DNA of 64,000 bases from a virus (IMGVR_UViG_3300046002_004363:35578-99577), one strand, 5' to 3'; numbered from the stretch's first letter, positions 20,515 to 28,769 are shown. Translations and numbers: made by a program. The notes: generated from the sequence alone by a model not told the origin.

Positions 20515-20649
20515 CTATTTCTTCTTAAAAGCCGTACCCATCTTCTCTTTCTTCTCAAAAGCCTTACCTTCTTTTTTCTCGTGCTTAGCCTTAGCTGTTT
20601 TAGAAGTGTATTTTTCTTTTCCTCCGTATTCTTTAATCATTTTTTTCAT
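20515..20649 (-). CDS. Small basic protein (44 aa; start revised)
   Basis: Promoter TATCTTTG at 20678-20685 lies inside the longer ORF call, favouring the ATG at 20649. Confidence 0.55.
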   Translation of the reverse strand: MKKMIKEYGGKEKYTSKTAKAKHEKKEGKAFEKKEKMGTAFKKK

Positions 20650-20689
20650 ATCGTAGAATGTTTTTATTTTTGATTTGCAAAGATACAAA

Positions 20690-20908
20690 TTATTCAACCA
20701 CCTTTATAAAGTTTCCATTCTTATCGTGTAGTGTAGTTAACTCAAACTTTTTATCTAAACCACTAAGTACCACTTCATTTAATTGAAATACCATTTGAAA
20801 TACATTGAAGTCAACTGAACCTCCGTTCTCTTTGTAGTATCTGTAAAACCAACCTATATCGAATTGATTGGTATTTCTCATTTGTATATATTGTTCTCTA
20901 TATTTCAT
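20690..20908 (-). CDS. Hypothetical protein
   Basis: Co-oriented ORF. Confidence 0.5.
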   Translation of the reverse strand: MKYREQYIQMRNTNQFDIGWFYRYYKENGGSVDFNVFQMVFQLNEVVLSGLDKKFELTTLHDKNGNFIKVVE

Positions 20909-20911
20909 AAT

Positions 20912-21760
20912 TTATTTATTTAATTTATCCCAATGTTTAGTTACAGTTATTCTTGACACACCTGATTTTTCTGAAACAGAATTTTTATTTATCTTTTCGT
21001 TATTCAATTTCATTTCATTTATAACGGATTGTATTTCATTTATCTTTTCTTGCTTATTTAATTCATTTTTATTTACAACCAAGTCATAACCTTCAAGTCT
21101 TATGTTTTTAGATACATATTCTTCGTAATGTCTTTTAACTGTATTGAATGATATTTTTGTTCTATCTACTATCTCGTTTATATAGCATTTATCTAAACCA
21201 TCTTTTTCTTCATTTATTATCTTGATAGTCTCAATTATTAAATCTCTTTTATTCATACTTTTTACTTTATTTAAAAATGTTAATGCTTCTTTTTGTTTTT
21301 TCTTTGCTTTAAAATCAGAATAATATTTATCTTTTTTATAACCATCAAGTGAATTATACATATCTAATTCTTCTTTAGTCATAACAAATAATTCATCTAA
21401 ATTTGTTTTCCACATTATTTTTTTGTCTTCATAAATCATATTCAACATTTCTTGACTAAATTCTTTGTTAAAACATTCTTCTGCTATCGAATATATATCA
21501 TACTCTGAAACATATATCCCCTTTATCTTTTTTGTTTTCCTTATTAAAGATATACCCTCATCTACCAACATACCAATATTAACATCATCATTCAAATACA
21601 TTAGTTTATAGAAAAAAGACTCAACATTCCTCATTGCAGATGCTCTTGTATAATTAATACCAACATATCTTGCATCAACACAAGTATATCCATCTGGATA
21701 ATACCAAAAGTATTTATGCTCAATAGCTGTGGTTTTATTTATAGTTCTATAGTAAATCAT
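20912..21760 (-). CDS. DNA-binding protein with two HTH motifs (start revised)
   Basis: INEIVDRTKISFNTVKRHY and NSVSEKSGVSRITVTKHW; promoter TATATTTG at 21766-21773. Confidence 0.6.
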   Translation of the reverse strand: MIYYRTINKTTAIEHKYFWYYPDGYTCVDARYVGINYTRASAMRNVESFFYKLMYLNDDVNIGMLVDEGISLIRKTKKIKGIYVSEYDIYSIAEECFNKEFSQEMLNMIYEDKKIMWKTNLDELFVMTKEELDMYNSLDGYKKDKYYSDFKAKKKQKEALTFLNKVKSMNKRDLIIETIKIINEEKDGLDKCYINEIVDRTKISFNTVKRHYEEYVSKNIRLEGYDLVVNKNELNKQEKINEIQSVINEMKLNNEKINKNSVSEKSGVSRITVTKHWDKLNK

Positions 21761-22346
21761 ATATGCAAATATACGAAAAATATGTATATAAATTACGCTA
21801 TCAATATACAATTATTAACTTATATTAAAAATGTATATACCTATTCAAACCATCCTTTTATAATATACGGACATTAATGGTGTATACACTTTTATCAATA
21901 ATTTGTTATATATTCTATGTTAGATAAGTCTGTTGTAGTTAGTATGGTCTGTTGTTGTGATTATAACCCCACCCTACGATCACCACCCTCCCCACCAAAA
22001 CCATCCACCAAAGCCTACGGGGGTAACCTTTCAAAATGTTTCTCCAAAAGTTTTTACCTTTTTAGCCTGGATTGATGTCGTGGTACATTACAGCCTACTT
22101 ATTTAACGGCACAATATTGTAGTTAATCCATTCAACGTTTTAGGTAATCAACTTTTAAAACCAAAATACAAAGGTTTTATTTTTTTGTGGTGTGAAGTGG
22201 CTTTTGTCGGTGCAACTAATCCCAAAACCTAAAGCAATTTTAACCTAAAATAACTACATTCTAAAAGTTAAGTTCTTAAATTATAATAATATCATAAAAT
22301 TGTATAAAATGTAACTACTTGAAAATCAAAGGCTTTAATAATAATC

Positions 22347-22417
22347 AAGTTAAAAAGTGTTAAAGTTTTGTTAAAGGTATTGTTATCTAAAATTAAATAC
22401 CTATATTTGTAGTGTAA
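22347..22417 (+). promoter_or_regulatory. Early promoter P1
   Basis: GTTAAAAAGTGTTAAAGTTTT upstream block plus TATATTTG (22402-22409). Confidence 0.7.
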
Positions 22418-22583
22418 TAATGAAACAAAGTTCTTTTATATACATTATGTAATACACGATAAGGCTAAACCACAGGTATACTATAAAATAAGTAAATGTG
22501 AAATAGGCAAACATCCGAGTATTGTAAGTTAGTTGGTCACACGTTACGCAAAGCAGTATGGTACACAAGGCGATAAGATAGCA

Positions 22584-22646
22584 AATGTTAAAAAAGTGTT
22601 AAAGTTTTTGTATATTAAATAACTTGTTATATATTTGCAGTGTTAA
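22584..22646 (+). promoter_or_regulatory. Early promoter P2 (near-duplicate of P1)
   Basis: GTTAAAAAAGTGTTAAAGTTTT plus TATATTTG (22630-22637). Confidence 0.7.
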
Positions 22647-22815
22647 GTAGAGACAAACTACTTCAAAATAAATCAGCTGATACCACAGGCTTACGATGTG
22701 GAGGTAGTCATAAAAGACTATAAAATAGGGTGTGGTCACTCAGGAATAAGCGGTAAAAAGTAATCCGTGAAGTCCGAGACTACGATACTGCCAACTACAT
22801 AGGTATAAGGTCGTT

Positions 22816-22870
22816 AAGCGTATAAGGATGTGTTATCCTTACTGAAGAGAGGCAGAACCTCGAAACGCTT
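22816..22870 (+). ncRNA. Hammerhead ribozyme, type III
   Basis: AAGC-GUA; stem I UAAGGAU/AUCCUUA; core CUGAAGA; stem II GAGG/CCUC; GAAA; stem III CGCUU; predicted cut after A22822. Confidence 0.9.
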
Positions 22871-22886
22871 TTTAAAATTATACACT

Positions 22887-22997
22887 ATGAAGAATAAACT
22901 TAAGGTTATAGCGCTACTAATTGTGGCGCTATTTCTATTAGCAGTAGCAGAAAAACATTGTGAAACCAAAAATAAATACTATGAAGGGCAGAAGTAA
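22887..22997 (+). CDS. 36-aa single-TM peptide (not in ORF track)
   Basis: MKNKLKVIALLIVALFLLAVAEKHCETKNKYYEGQK; first ORF after the ribozyme. Confidence 0.5.
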   Translation: MKNKLKVIALLIVALFLLAVAEKHCETKNKYYEGQK

Positions 22998-23130
22998 TTC
23001 AAGTAGCAGAAGGTTAGCCTTAACCATCAGCACAAGCAGTACAATGAATGATTTTATTAACAAAAAATTAGGAGTAACTAAAGAAAACAAACGACCAATT
23101 TTAATCAAACCAACTAAAAAATAATATATT

Positions 23131-23319
23131 ATGGACAAATCTTATTCAATTTTTTGCATCGCAAGTCAGTTATTAAAAGATAACGAAAGAGAGTTAGATA
23201 TAGTTTGGCAAAATGCAACCGAACTATACAACGAATTTTTAAATAGTAGTTTCGATAATGTTAACGAATCGGAGTTGGACTGCATAAATGATTTTTTAAA
23301 TTATAAAAATCTAATATAA
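23131..23319 (+). CDS. Early hypothetical protein
   Basis: A-rich leader, coupled to next ORF. Confidence 0.55.
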   Translation: MDKSYSIFCIASQLLKDNERELDIVWQNATELYNEFLNSSFDNVNESELDCINDFLNYKNLI

Positions 23320-23660
23320 TGAAAACACTACAAATTAATTTGGGATTAAATAATAATCCAATGGATCGTGATCAGGTAGCTAACTACTTTTATGCACTAT
23401 CTGAGTATAGACTAATGGCTTATATCATCAAGGATAAGACCTTTAATGGTGAAGTAGAGCCTACTTTTGTAGCCTTATTAGAGCATAAGTACACACGTGA
23501 CAGCAAAATACTATCTGATGCTGAAAATTGGTGTAGCCTATTCACTCAGGAGTCAATTGCAGTAGTGACTGATAAAATGGAGGTGCTTGCATTCAATACG
23601 AAGTACGAAGGAGATACCTACAAATTTGATTCTAGTCTATTTGAATACATTAAAATATAA
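23319..23660 (+). CDS. Early hypothetical protein
   Basis: 113-aa ORF. Confidence 0.6.
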   Translation: MKTLQINLGLNNNPMDRDQVANYFYALSEYRLMAYIIKDKTFNGEVEPTFVALLEHKYTRDSKILSDAENWCSLFTQESIAVVTDKMEVLAFNTKYEGDTYKFDSSLFEYIKI

Positions 23661-23729
23661 CCTTATGAGAGCAATTATAAAATTTTTAGAAGAGTTAGCT
23701 AAGAATTGTCCGAGCGAGACAAAATGGTA

Positions 23730-23787
23730 GGCAAACTGATGAGGTTTTAATAACCGAAACTTGGATCTTCGGATCTGAGTCTTTGTC
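23730..23787 (+). ncRNA. Hammerhead ribozyme, type I
   Basis: Stem I GGCAAA/UUUGUC; core CUGAUGA; stem II GGUU/AACC; GAAA; stem III CUUGGAUC-UUCG-GAUCUGAG; GUC triplet, predicted cut after C23781. Confidence 0.92.
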
Positions 23788-23809
23788 AAACTTTAAAAAC
23801 AATACTAAT

Positions 23810-24061
23810 ATGAGAACAAAACAAGTTTTAGAATACATAGAAAACACACTAAATCAAACACCTAGACACAATTGTACAGCACTAGCTAAGGCTATAACCC
23901 AAGCTAGTAAAAAATTCAAGCAGGACCAATTCGATATGATGATGTTACTACTGGAAAATAAACCAATAGGAGGTCACACTCATAGCTATGGTTTCCACAC
24001 GTCATACGGAAGAGATCTAATAGACACAATGTCAAACTATTACTATAAATTTAATAACTAA
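23810..24061 (+). CDS. Early hypothetical protein (start revised to ATG 23810)
   Basis: The TTG start in the track lies inside the ribozyme; A-rich leader precedes ATG 23810. Confidence 0.55.
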   Translation: MRTKQVLEYIENTLNQTPRHNCTALAKAITQASKKFKQDQFDMMMLLLENKPIGGHTHSYGFHTSYGRDLIDTMSNYYYKFNN

Positions 24062-24074
24062 AACCAAGCATATT

Positions 24075-24491
24075 ATGAGTAATTATAAAACATTTTACGA
24101 AAATACAATTGTAGACAATATAGATTTAGAGTCTTATGGTTTATCTAATGACGTATACCTATACGATAAAATTAAAACAACGTACAACATATTCAAACAA
24201 GAGTATGGTTTTATGATTGATAGAGTAGGCGAAGTAAACGCATTTAAAGAATGGTTAATGGGATTACCAAGTGTCTTAAGTGTTCCGTTTATGAATAGCG
24301 AAATATTGTCTTTAGCAAAAGATAATGGATTCCTTAACGTGCAATGCATAACAAACCATATAGATGGTAGTAAAACAACTGAATATGTTTATGCAGAAGG
24401 CAGAATGTTAGAACGTATAGAAGATAGATTTTTAAATAACTATTGGACTAACTTAGCCTTAGCTTTTTTTAACTTAAAAGATAACCTTTAA
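24075..24491 (+). CDS. Early hypothetical protein
   Basis: EWLMGLPS motif; operon context. Confidence 0.6.
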   Translation: MSNYKTFYENTIVDNIDLESYGLSNDVYLYDKIKTTYNIFKQEYGFMIDRVGEVNAFKEWLMGLPSVLSVPFMNSEILSLAKDNGFLNVQCITNHIDGSKTTEYVYAEGRMLERIEDRFLNNYWTNLALAFFNLKDNL

Positions 24492-24503
24492 AATTATATA
24501 ACT

Positions 24504-24800
24504 ATGGAATTTACAAACGAATTTAAGAGTACAAGAAGTGGTTTTAATCACACGTCTAAACTATGGAGTAGCAAAGGAGAGTTATTAGCCGTAGCGGTCT
24601 GCAGATACTTAAATAGAACATGGGAAAGTTATGCATTTCAATCATCAATGAAGTCTGCGGTTTATCAGGCTATAGAAAATCAAGTGCAAAAAGAAAAACA
24701 ACTGCAAAGGATAACAAGACTAACCAAGAGTAAGAGACTAGAGATAGAAAATTACTCATCAATTATAAATGAATTAAAGGAACTATATAAGACATTGTAA
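24504..24800 (+). CDS. Early hypothetical protein
   Basis: TRSGFNH...YLNRTWESY motif. Confidence 0.6.
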   Translation: MEFTNEFKSTRSGFNHTSKLWSSKGELLAVAVCRYLNRTWESYAFQSSMKSAVYQAIENQVQKEKQLQRITRLTKSKRLEIENYSSIINELKELYKTL

Positions 24801-25093
24801 TGAATATAAAAGACCAATTCAATAAAAGCAAAGGACTCCCTTTATATGAGATAGAAGTAACTAATCTAATTAGTAATAAAGATGACTTCATTATCTTCGA
24901 TATAACGGCATATAAAAATTATTTCAAGGTAACACATCAGCCACTTACTGAAGAGCAAGAAAATAGCTGTAAAATAGCCTCATTCTTTATGCCTATAGAT
25001 AATGAGGTTTCTTTAGAAGAACACCTTAATGAGTTATACCAAAAATGTTGTGAAGAAATAACAAGTAGTGATTATTATATTTTAAATGATTAA
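24800..25093 (+). CDS. Hypothetical protein
   Basis: Translationally coupled ORF. Confidence 0.55.
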   Translation: MNIKDQFNKSKGLPLYEIEVTNLISNKDDFIIFDITAYKNYFKVTHQPLTEEQENSCKIASFFMPIDNEVSLEEHLNELYQKCCEEITSSDYYILND

Positions 25094-25471
25094 AGATATG
25101 AGACCGAGAATTAATAGACGTGTGAATGTTCAGCAAGTGATTGAACACCTAGAGAACAAACGTAGAGTGTATTCAGAAGCTATTACAGACCTTATGAATG
25201 AAGAAGGTATATCTTATACCAAAGCAAAAGAATTGTTAAATAAAAGGCTATACGATAAGGTGGTCTTTAAATTTTAAGGTATGGTAATAGTAAACCAAAT
25301 TGATAATGAATTTTGGCAAATGAGATTGTTTGAACCGAGTAATAATATTTGGTTTGAACTTCTCTGCCTTGATTTAGAATCATTAACGCTACAAGCGAGT
25401 GTAATATATAACGTAGATTTAAACGAAGTCTTAAACTAATGAGAGTGAGAGACGCTAAATAATTCTAAGAT

Positions 25472-25678
25472 ATGACAGAAACTGCACAAATACACGGAAG
25501 TCAATTACATTTAGGAGAATTTATCTATGTAATAAATAGATACGGAAGATTCCTTAGGAAGATTACTTGGCTAAATACATACTACTTTGAATGGAATTCA
25601 GGTTATAGTAGTATAAACGAATTAGAATTAAATACAGATCAAAAAAGTAAAGTTAAATTTTTATTAAAAGAAGAATAA
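25472..25678 (+). CDS. Hypothetical protein
   Basis: TAAGATATG start context. Confidence 0.5.
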   Translation: MTETAQIHGSQLHLGEFIYVINRYGRFLRKITWLNTYYFEWNSGYSSINELELNTDQKSKVKFLLKEE

Positions 25679-25681
25679 ATT

Positions 25682-25822
25682 ATGGAAGAGTATAGTAATT
25701 GCTGTGGTGCAGGTAGACACCACATATATAACGAACTTTGTGCTGACTGTTTAGAGCATTGTGAGTTTGAAGAAGATGAAGACTTTGAATATGATGCGGA
25801 CATCGAGGATTTACAAAGTTAG
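25682..25822 (+). CDS. Small Cys-rich zinc-binding protein with acidic tail (46 aa, not in ORF track)
   Basis: MEEYSNCCGA...LCADCLEHCEFEEDEDFEYD. Confidence 0.6.
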   Translation: MEEYSNCCGAGRHHIYNELCADCLEHCEFEEDEDFEYDADIEDLQS

Positions 25823-26020
25823 ATGTACATTGAATGTACGAAACCAAATAATTAAGGGTATTATAACAAGAGGTAAGGCATACGATGTTATATGGAGTAA
25901 TGAGTACGGCTTTACCTTCCTTAATGATAAGGGTAAATTGTCTTTAGGTAGATTTAAAAATTGTCATATAATAAATGGCGATTGGGAAGTAATTTAAGAA
26001 ACAAAATATAAAAATATAAA

Positions 26021-26368
26021 ATGGAAGTAAAGAAATTCACATTATTTGAGGTGGCTAAGATATTAAGAAATCAACACCTAAACAAACTAAACTACAAAGA
26101 CTACAATAAATTTACTCAAGATGATTTTGAAGGTGTTGAGTATGTAAGGGTTAATAACAAGACAAGACCAAAAGATTTAGTAGGTAAGAGTGGTAGGGTA
26201 TCTAAGATGATCACCGCAATATCACCTAAGGGTAAGGAGATTGTATTCGATGGTGTTACAGATATTTGCGAGGCCTTAGATATTAAGGCTAAGAACTACT
26301 GGAGAAAGATGGCAGAGAATCAAGGGTACACTATTGTAAGTGTAGAAGAAGTAGCTAAATTAATTTAA
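26021..26368 (+). CDS. Hypothetical protein (possible NUMOD1/HTH C-terminus)
   Basis: A-rich leader; EIVFDGVTDICEALDI. Confidence 0.5.
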   Translation: MEVKKFTLFEVAKILRNQHLNKLNYKDYNKFTQDDFEGVEYVRVNNKTRPKDLVGKSGRVSKMITAISPKGKEIVFDGVTDICEALDIKAKNYWRKMAENQGYTIVSVEEVAKLI

Positions 26369-26558
26369 AGAAAAATAAGATGAAAAAAATACTTAAAAAA
26401 TTAGAGAAATTAAATAAAATAAGTGGTGATACCAATATGATACAGATATTCTCAGATGGCAGTGGCTTTGTATTGTATGAAACAGAAGATATTAGATTTG
26501 AATTTCTGAGTATTAAGCAATTAAAGAAATACCTTAAAACAATTTAAAAAGAAATAAG

Positions 26559-26771
26559 ATGGAAAATAAAGAAATACTTGAAGAAGTTGCTGAACAATTT
26601 GAATATACTAATGGTATATATGGATTTAAACAAGGTGCTAAATGGCAACAAGAACAAGACAAGAATAAGTATAGTGAAGAAGAAGTAATTCAACTACTAA
26701 TAAAATTCAATCAAGAAATTCAAGAAGTGGAAAATGTTAGAGGTTGGTTTGAAGAATTTAAAAAGAAATAA
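26559..26771 (+). CDS. Small mosaic hypothetical protein
   Basis: GAKWQQEQ..YSEEEV...WFEEFKKK modules shared with 39545..39832. Confidence 0.6.
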   Translation: MENKEILEEVAEQFEYTNGIYGFKQGAKWQQEQDKNKYSEEEVIQLLIKFNQEIQEVENVRGWFEEFKKK

Positions 26772-26774
26772 GAT

Positions 26775-26960
26775 ATGGAACACTTTAAATACAGATGGAA
26801 AATAGTTAATGTATACTACGAAACTATAGATGATGATCCAGAGTTAAGACCAGATATAGTACTTGATGCCGTTTATTATAATGGTATAGACATATTGCCA
26901 ATAATGAATGAAGTAGATTGTATTGAGTTAAAAGAAGAAATGTATAATCAATTATTTTAA
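26775..26960 (+). CDS. Hypothetical protein
   Basis: TAAGATATG start context. Confidence 0.5.
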   Translation: MEHFKYRWKIVNVYYETIDDDPELRPDIVLDAVYYNGIDILPIMNEVDCIELKEEMYNQLF

Positions 26961-26963
26961 AAT

Positions 26964-27131
26964 ATGAATAAGGTAGAAATTATTGCAGAATTAGATAAAC
27001 TAATGTATATTGCAGAACAATTAGAGAATACTTTTTTAGTTGGTAGACTTGAGGCAATAAAGCAATCACTTATAAAGGATTGGAATGAGAGTGATGCTTA
27101 CTATAAAATTATAAGTAATCAATTGAAATAA
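26964..27131 (+). CDS. Hypothetical protein (55 aa, not in ORF track)
   Basis: Its TAA stop is part of the TAAC box opening the cassette array. Confidence 0.5.
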   Translation: MNKVEIIAELDKLMYIAEQLENTFLVGRLEAIKQSLIKDWNESDAYYKIISNQLK

Positions 27132-27244
27132 CGGTTCTCGGCTTGGCGAAGTTGCAGAATGTTGAAATTAAACACTAAATATTACAGATTATGACTAAAC
27201 ATTCAGAAAATACCAAAAGTAGCAATAGCACAAAACCTGTGTTA
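27129..27244. repeat. attC-like site 1 (chimeric)
   Basis: TAAC 27129, GTTA 27241; right half 69/77 identical to site 4. Confidence 0.7.
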
Positions 27245-27463
27245 CAATCAGTTTTTTTTGACTTTGATTATTGGAATAAATGCAATGCTTTATGGAATGT
27301 TTCTCCGCATCATTCTTTTGAAAATTTAGTAGTCATTGAATATGTTGGAACAAGTAAAATGAGAATTTCTATTTGTGTTGAAAAAAATGAATTTGAATTA
27401 GGTTTAAATAGATTTTGGAGTGAGTTCAAACGTCAAAGTGAAAATAATGCGTTACGTAATTAA
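27191..27463 (+). CDS. Cassette 1 hypothetical protein
   Basis: Starts within site 1, stops at the next box. Confidence 0.65.
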   Translation: MTKHSENTKSSNSTKPVLQSVFFDFDYWNKCNALWNVSPHHSFENLVVIEYVGTSKMRISICVEKNEFELGLNRFWSEFKRQSENNALRN

Positions 27464-27472
27464 AATTGATTG

Positions 27473-27598
27473 TAACGTATGTGGCTTTAAGCAGTTGCCA
27501 ATAAAACTGCCTTAACTTTTGATTTAAAACTAATGATTACAGATACAAAACAACCTTTAAATTTAGCCGAAAGTGGCAATTGCTTAAAGCCGCTGTTA
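27473..27598. repeat. attC-like site 2
   Basis: Arms GTGGCTTTAAGCAGTTGCCA (27481-27500) / TGGCAATTGCTTAAAGCCGC (27574-27593): 18 Watson-Crick pairs plus 2 G-T. Confidence 0.85.
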
Positions 27599-27985
27599 CA
27601 AGCAGTGTTTTTAGTTCCTTATGTTCCGTATTATTTACGAATATTTGAACCAATTTACAACGAAAAATATACACTTGTTGGAATTATTGAAAATGAACTT
27701 TATTGCAAAGAAACTGAAATAGATGATTGTTTCTCTTTTGAAATAGACGAAAATACATTTCCAATATTAAGACCGTTGTCTGATTTTTACGATATAAATG
27801 CACCCGCATTTATTGATACAAATTTTGATATTCCAACACAATTAGTTTTGGTTGATTTATGCTCTAAAAAACAACATTATTCAAGCGTAAGATATTCAGA
27901 TATGCAAGAGTTTTTACGTGAACATATTGACATTTTCAATCTTATTGAACAAGATTTAGCCGTTTCAATCCACGATGTTGTGTAA
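27533..27985 (+). CDS. Cassette 2 hypothetical protein
   Basis: PYVPY...PILRPLSD...HIDIFNLIEQDLAV; starts within site 2. Confidence 0.7.
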   Translation: MITDTKQPLNLAESGNCLKPLLQAVFLVPYVPYYLRIFEPIYNEKYTLVGIIENELYCKETEIDDCFSFEIDENTFPILRPLSDFYDINAPAFIDTNFDIPTQLVLVDLCSKKQHYSSVRYSDMQEFLREHIDIFNLIEQDLAVSIHDVV

Positions 27986-27994
27986 CATTGCTTA

Positions 27995-28104
27995 TAACGT
28001 TCCCACGCTTGGCATCAGTTGCCTAACGGAATAATCAAATGAATTAATAAAAAACAATAATGTCAAACGAAACACTAATAGGCGATTGTGCCAAACGTGT
28101 GTTA
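27995..28104. repeat. attC-like site 3
   Basis: Arms CACGCTTGGCA(T)CAGTTGCCTA / TAGGCGATTGTGCCAAACGTG with one bulged T. Confidence 0.85.
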
Positions 28105-28118
28105 AAAAACGTATTAAA

Positions 28119-28346
28119 ATGAAACAACAAACAGCAGTAGAATGGTTAGAAGAACAATTATTTGGTTCATTAGGAATTGAATTAACAGAACATCAATCAA
28201 AAATGGCTAATGAAATATTCTTTAAACAAGCCAAAGAAATGTTTGAAAGTCAAATTATTAATGCACATACATCAGGGCAATTAGAAAATGATTTACTACC
28301 AAACGAAAAAGCACAACAATATTATAAGCAAACTTTTAAAAAATAA
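28119..28346 (+). CDS. TAVEWL-family small protein (start revised)
   Basis: MKQQTAVEWL; paralogues at 38866 and 39131. Confidence 0.65.
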   Translation: MKQQTAVEWLEEQLFGSLGIELTEHQSKMANEIFFKQAKEMFESQIINAHTSGQLENDLLPNEKAQQYYKQTFKK

Positions 28347-28351
28347 AAATT

Positions 28352-28630
28352 ATGATTTTTAAATTAATTTTTGAGGACAAACAAGAATATGCACAAGCTA
28401 AATCACAACTTCATTTATTACAAAAATGGAATAAAGAATATGATGATTTTGAAGATATTTTAGAGGTAATTGAAATATCAGAAGAAGAAGCAAAAATAAT
28501 TATGCTTTCAAACAATGAGTATGACCCTGAATTGCCAATTGACGATGAATTTAATTACCCTGAATTTTCATTATATGATACCGTTGTAGGCGATGATTTC
28601 GTAGTAGTTGGTTCAACGGAATGGGATTAA
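28352..28630 (+). CDS. Cassette 3 acidic hypothetical protein
   Basis: Stop codon overlaps the closing inverted repeat. Confidence 0.6.
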   Translation: MIFKLIFEDKQEYAQAKSQLHLLQKWNKEYDDFEDILEVIEISEEEAKIIMLSNNEYDPELPIDDEFNYPEFSLYDTVVGDDFVVVGSTEWD

Positions 28631-28639
28631 TATGTTTTT

Positions 28640-28769
28640 TAACGTTATCAGGCTTTGTGTCTGTTGCGACCAAAAATAAAACAAATTTTAATTTAAACAC
28701 TAAAAATTACAGATTATGATTAAACATTCAGAAAACACCGAGCCAAGCAATAGCACAAAACCTGTGTTA
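28640..28769. repeat. attC-like site 4
   Basis: Arms CAGGCTTTGTG(T)CTGTTGC / GCAATAGCACAAAACCTG with one bulged T. Confidence 0.85.

Noticed and set aside
22657-22710. Twister ribozyme
   Set aside because: UAA, AGC and GUGGAGG resemble twister words, but loop lengths and P1/T1 placement do not fit the consensus
25436-25465. Third hammerhead (CTAATGAG...AGTG/CGCT)
   Set aside because: Core is CUAAUGA, there is no GAAA and no stems I/III; at most a decayed relic
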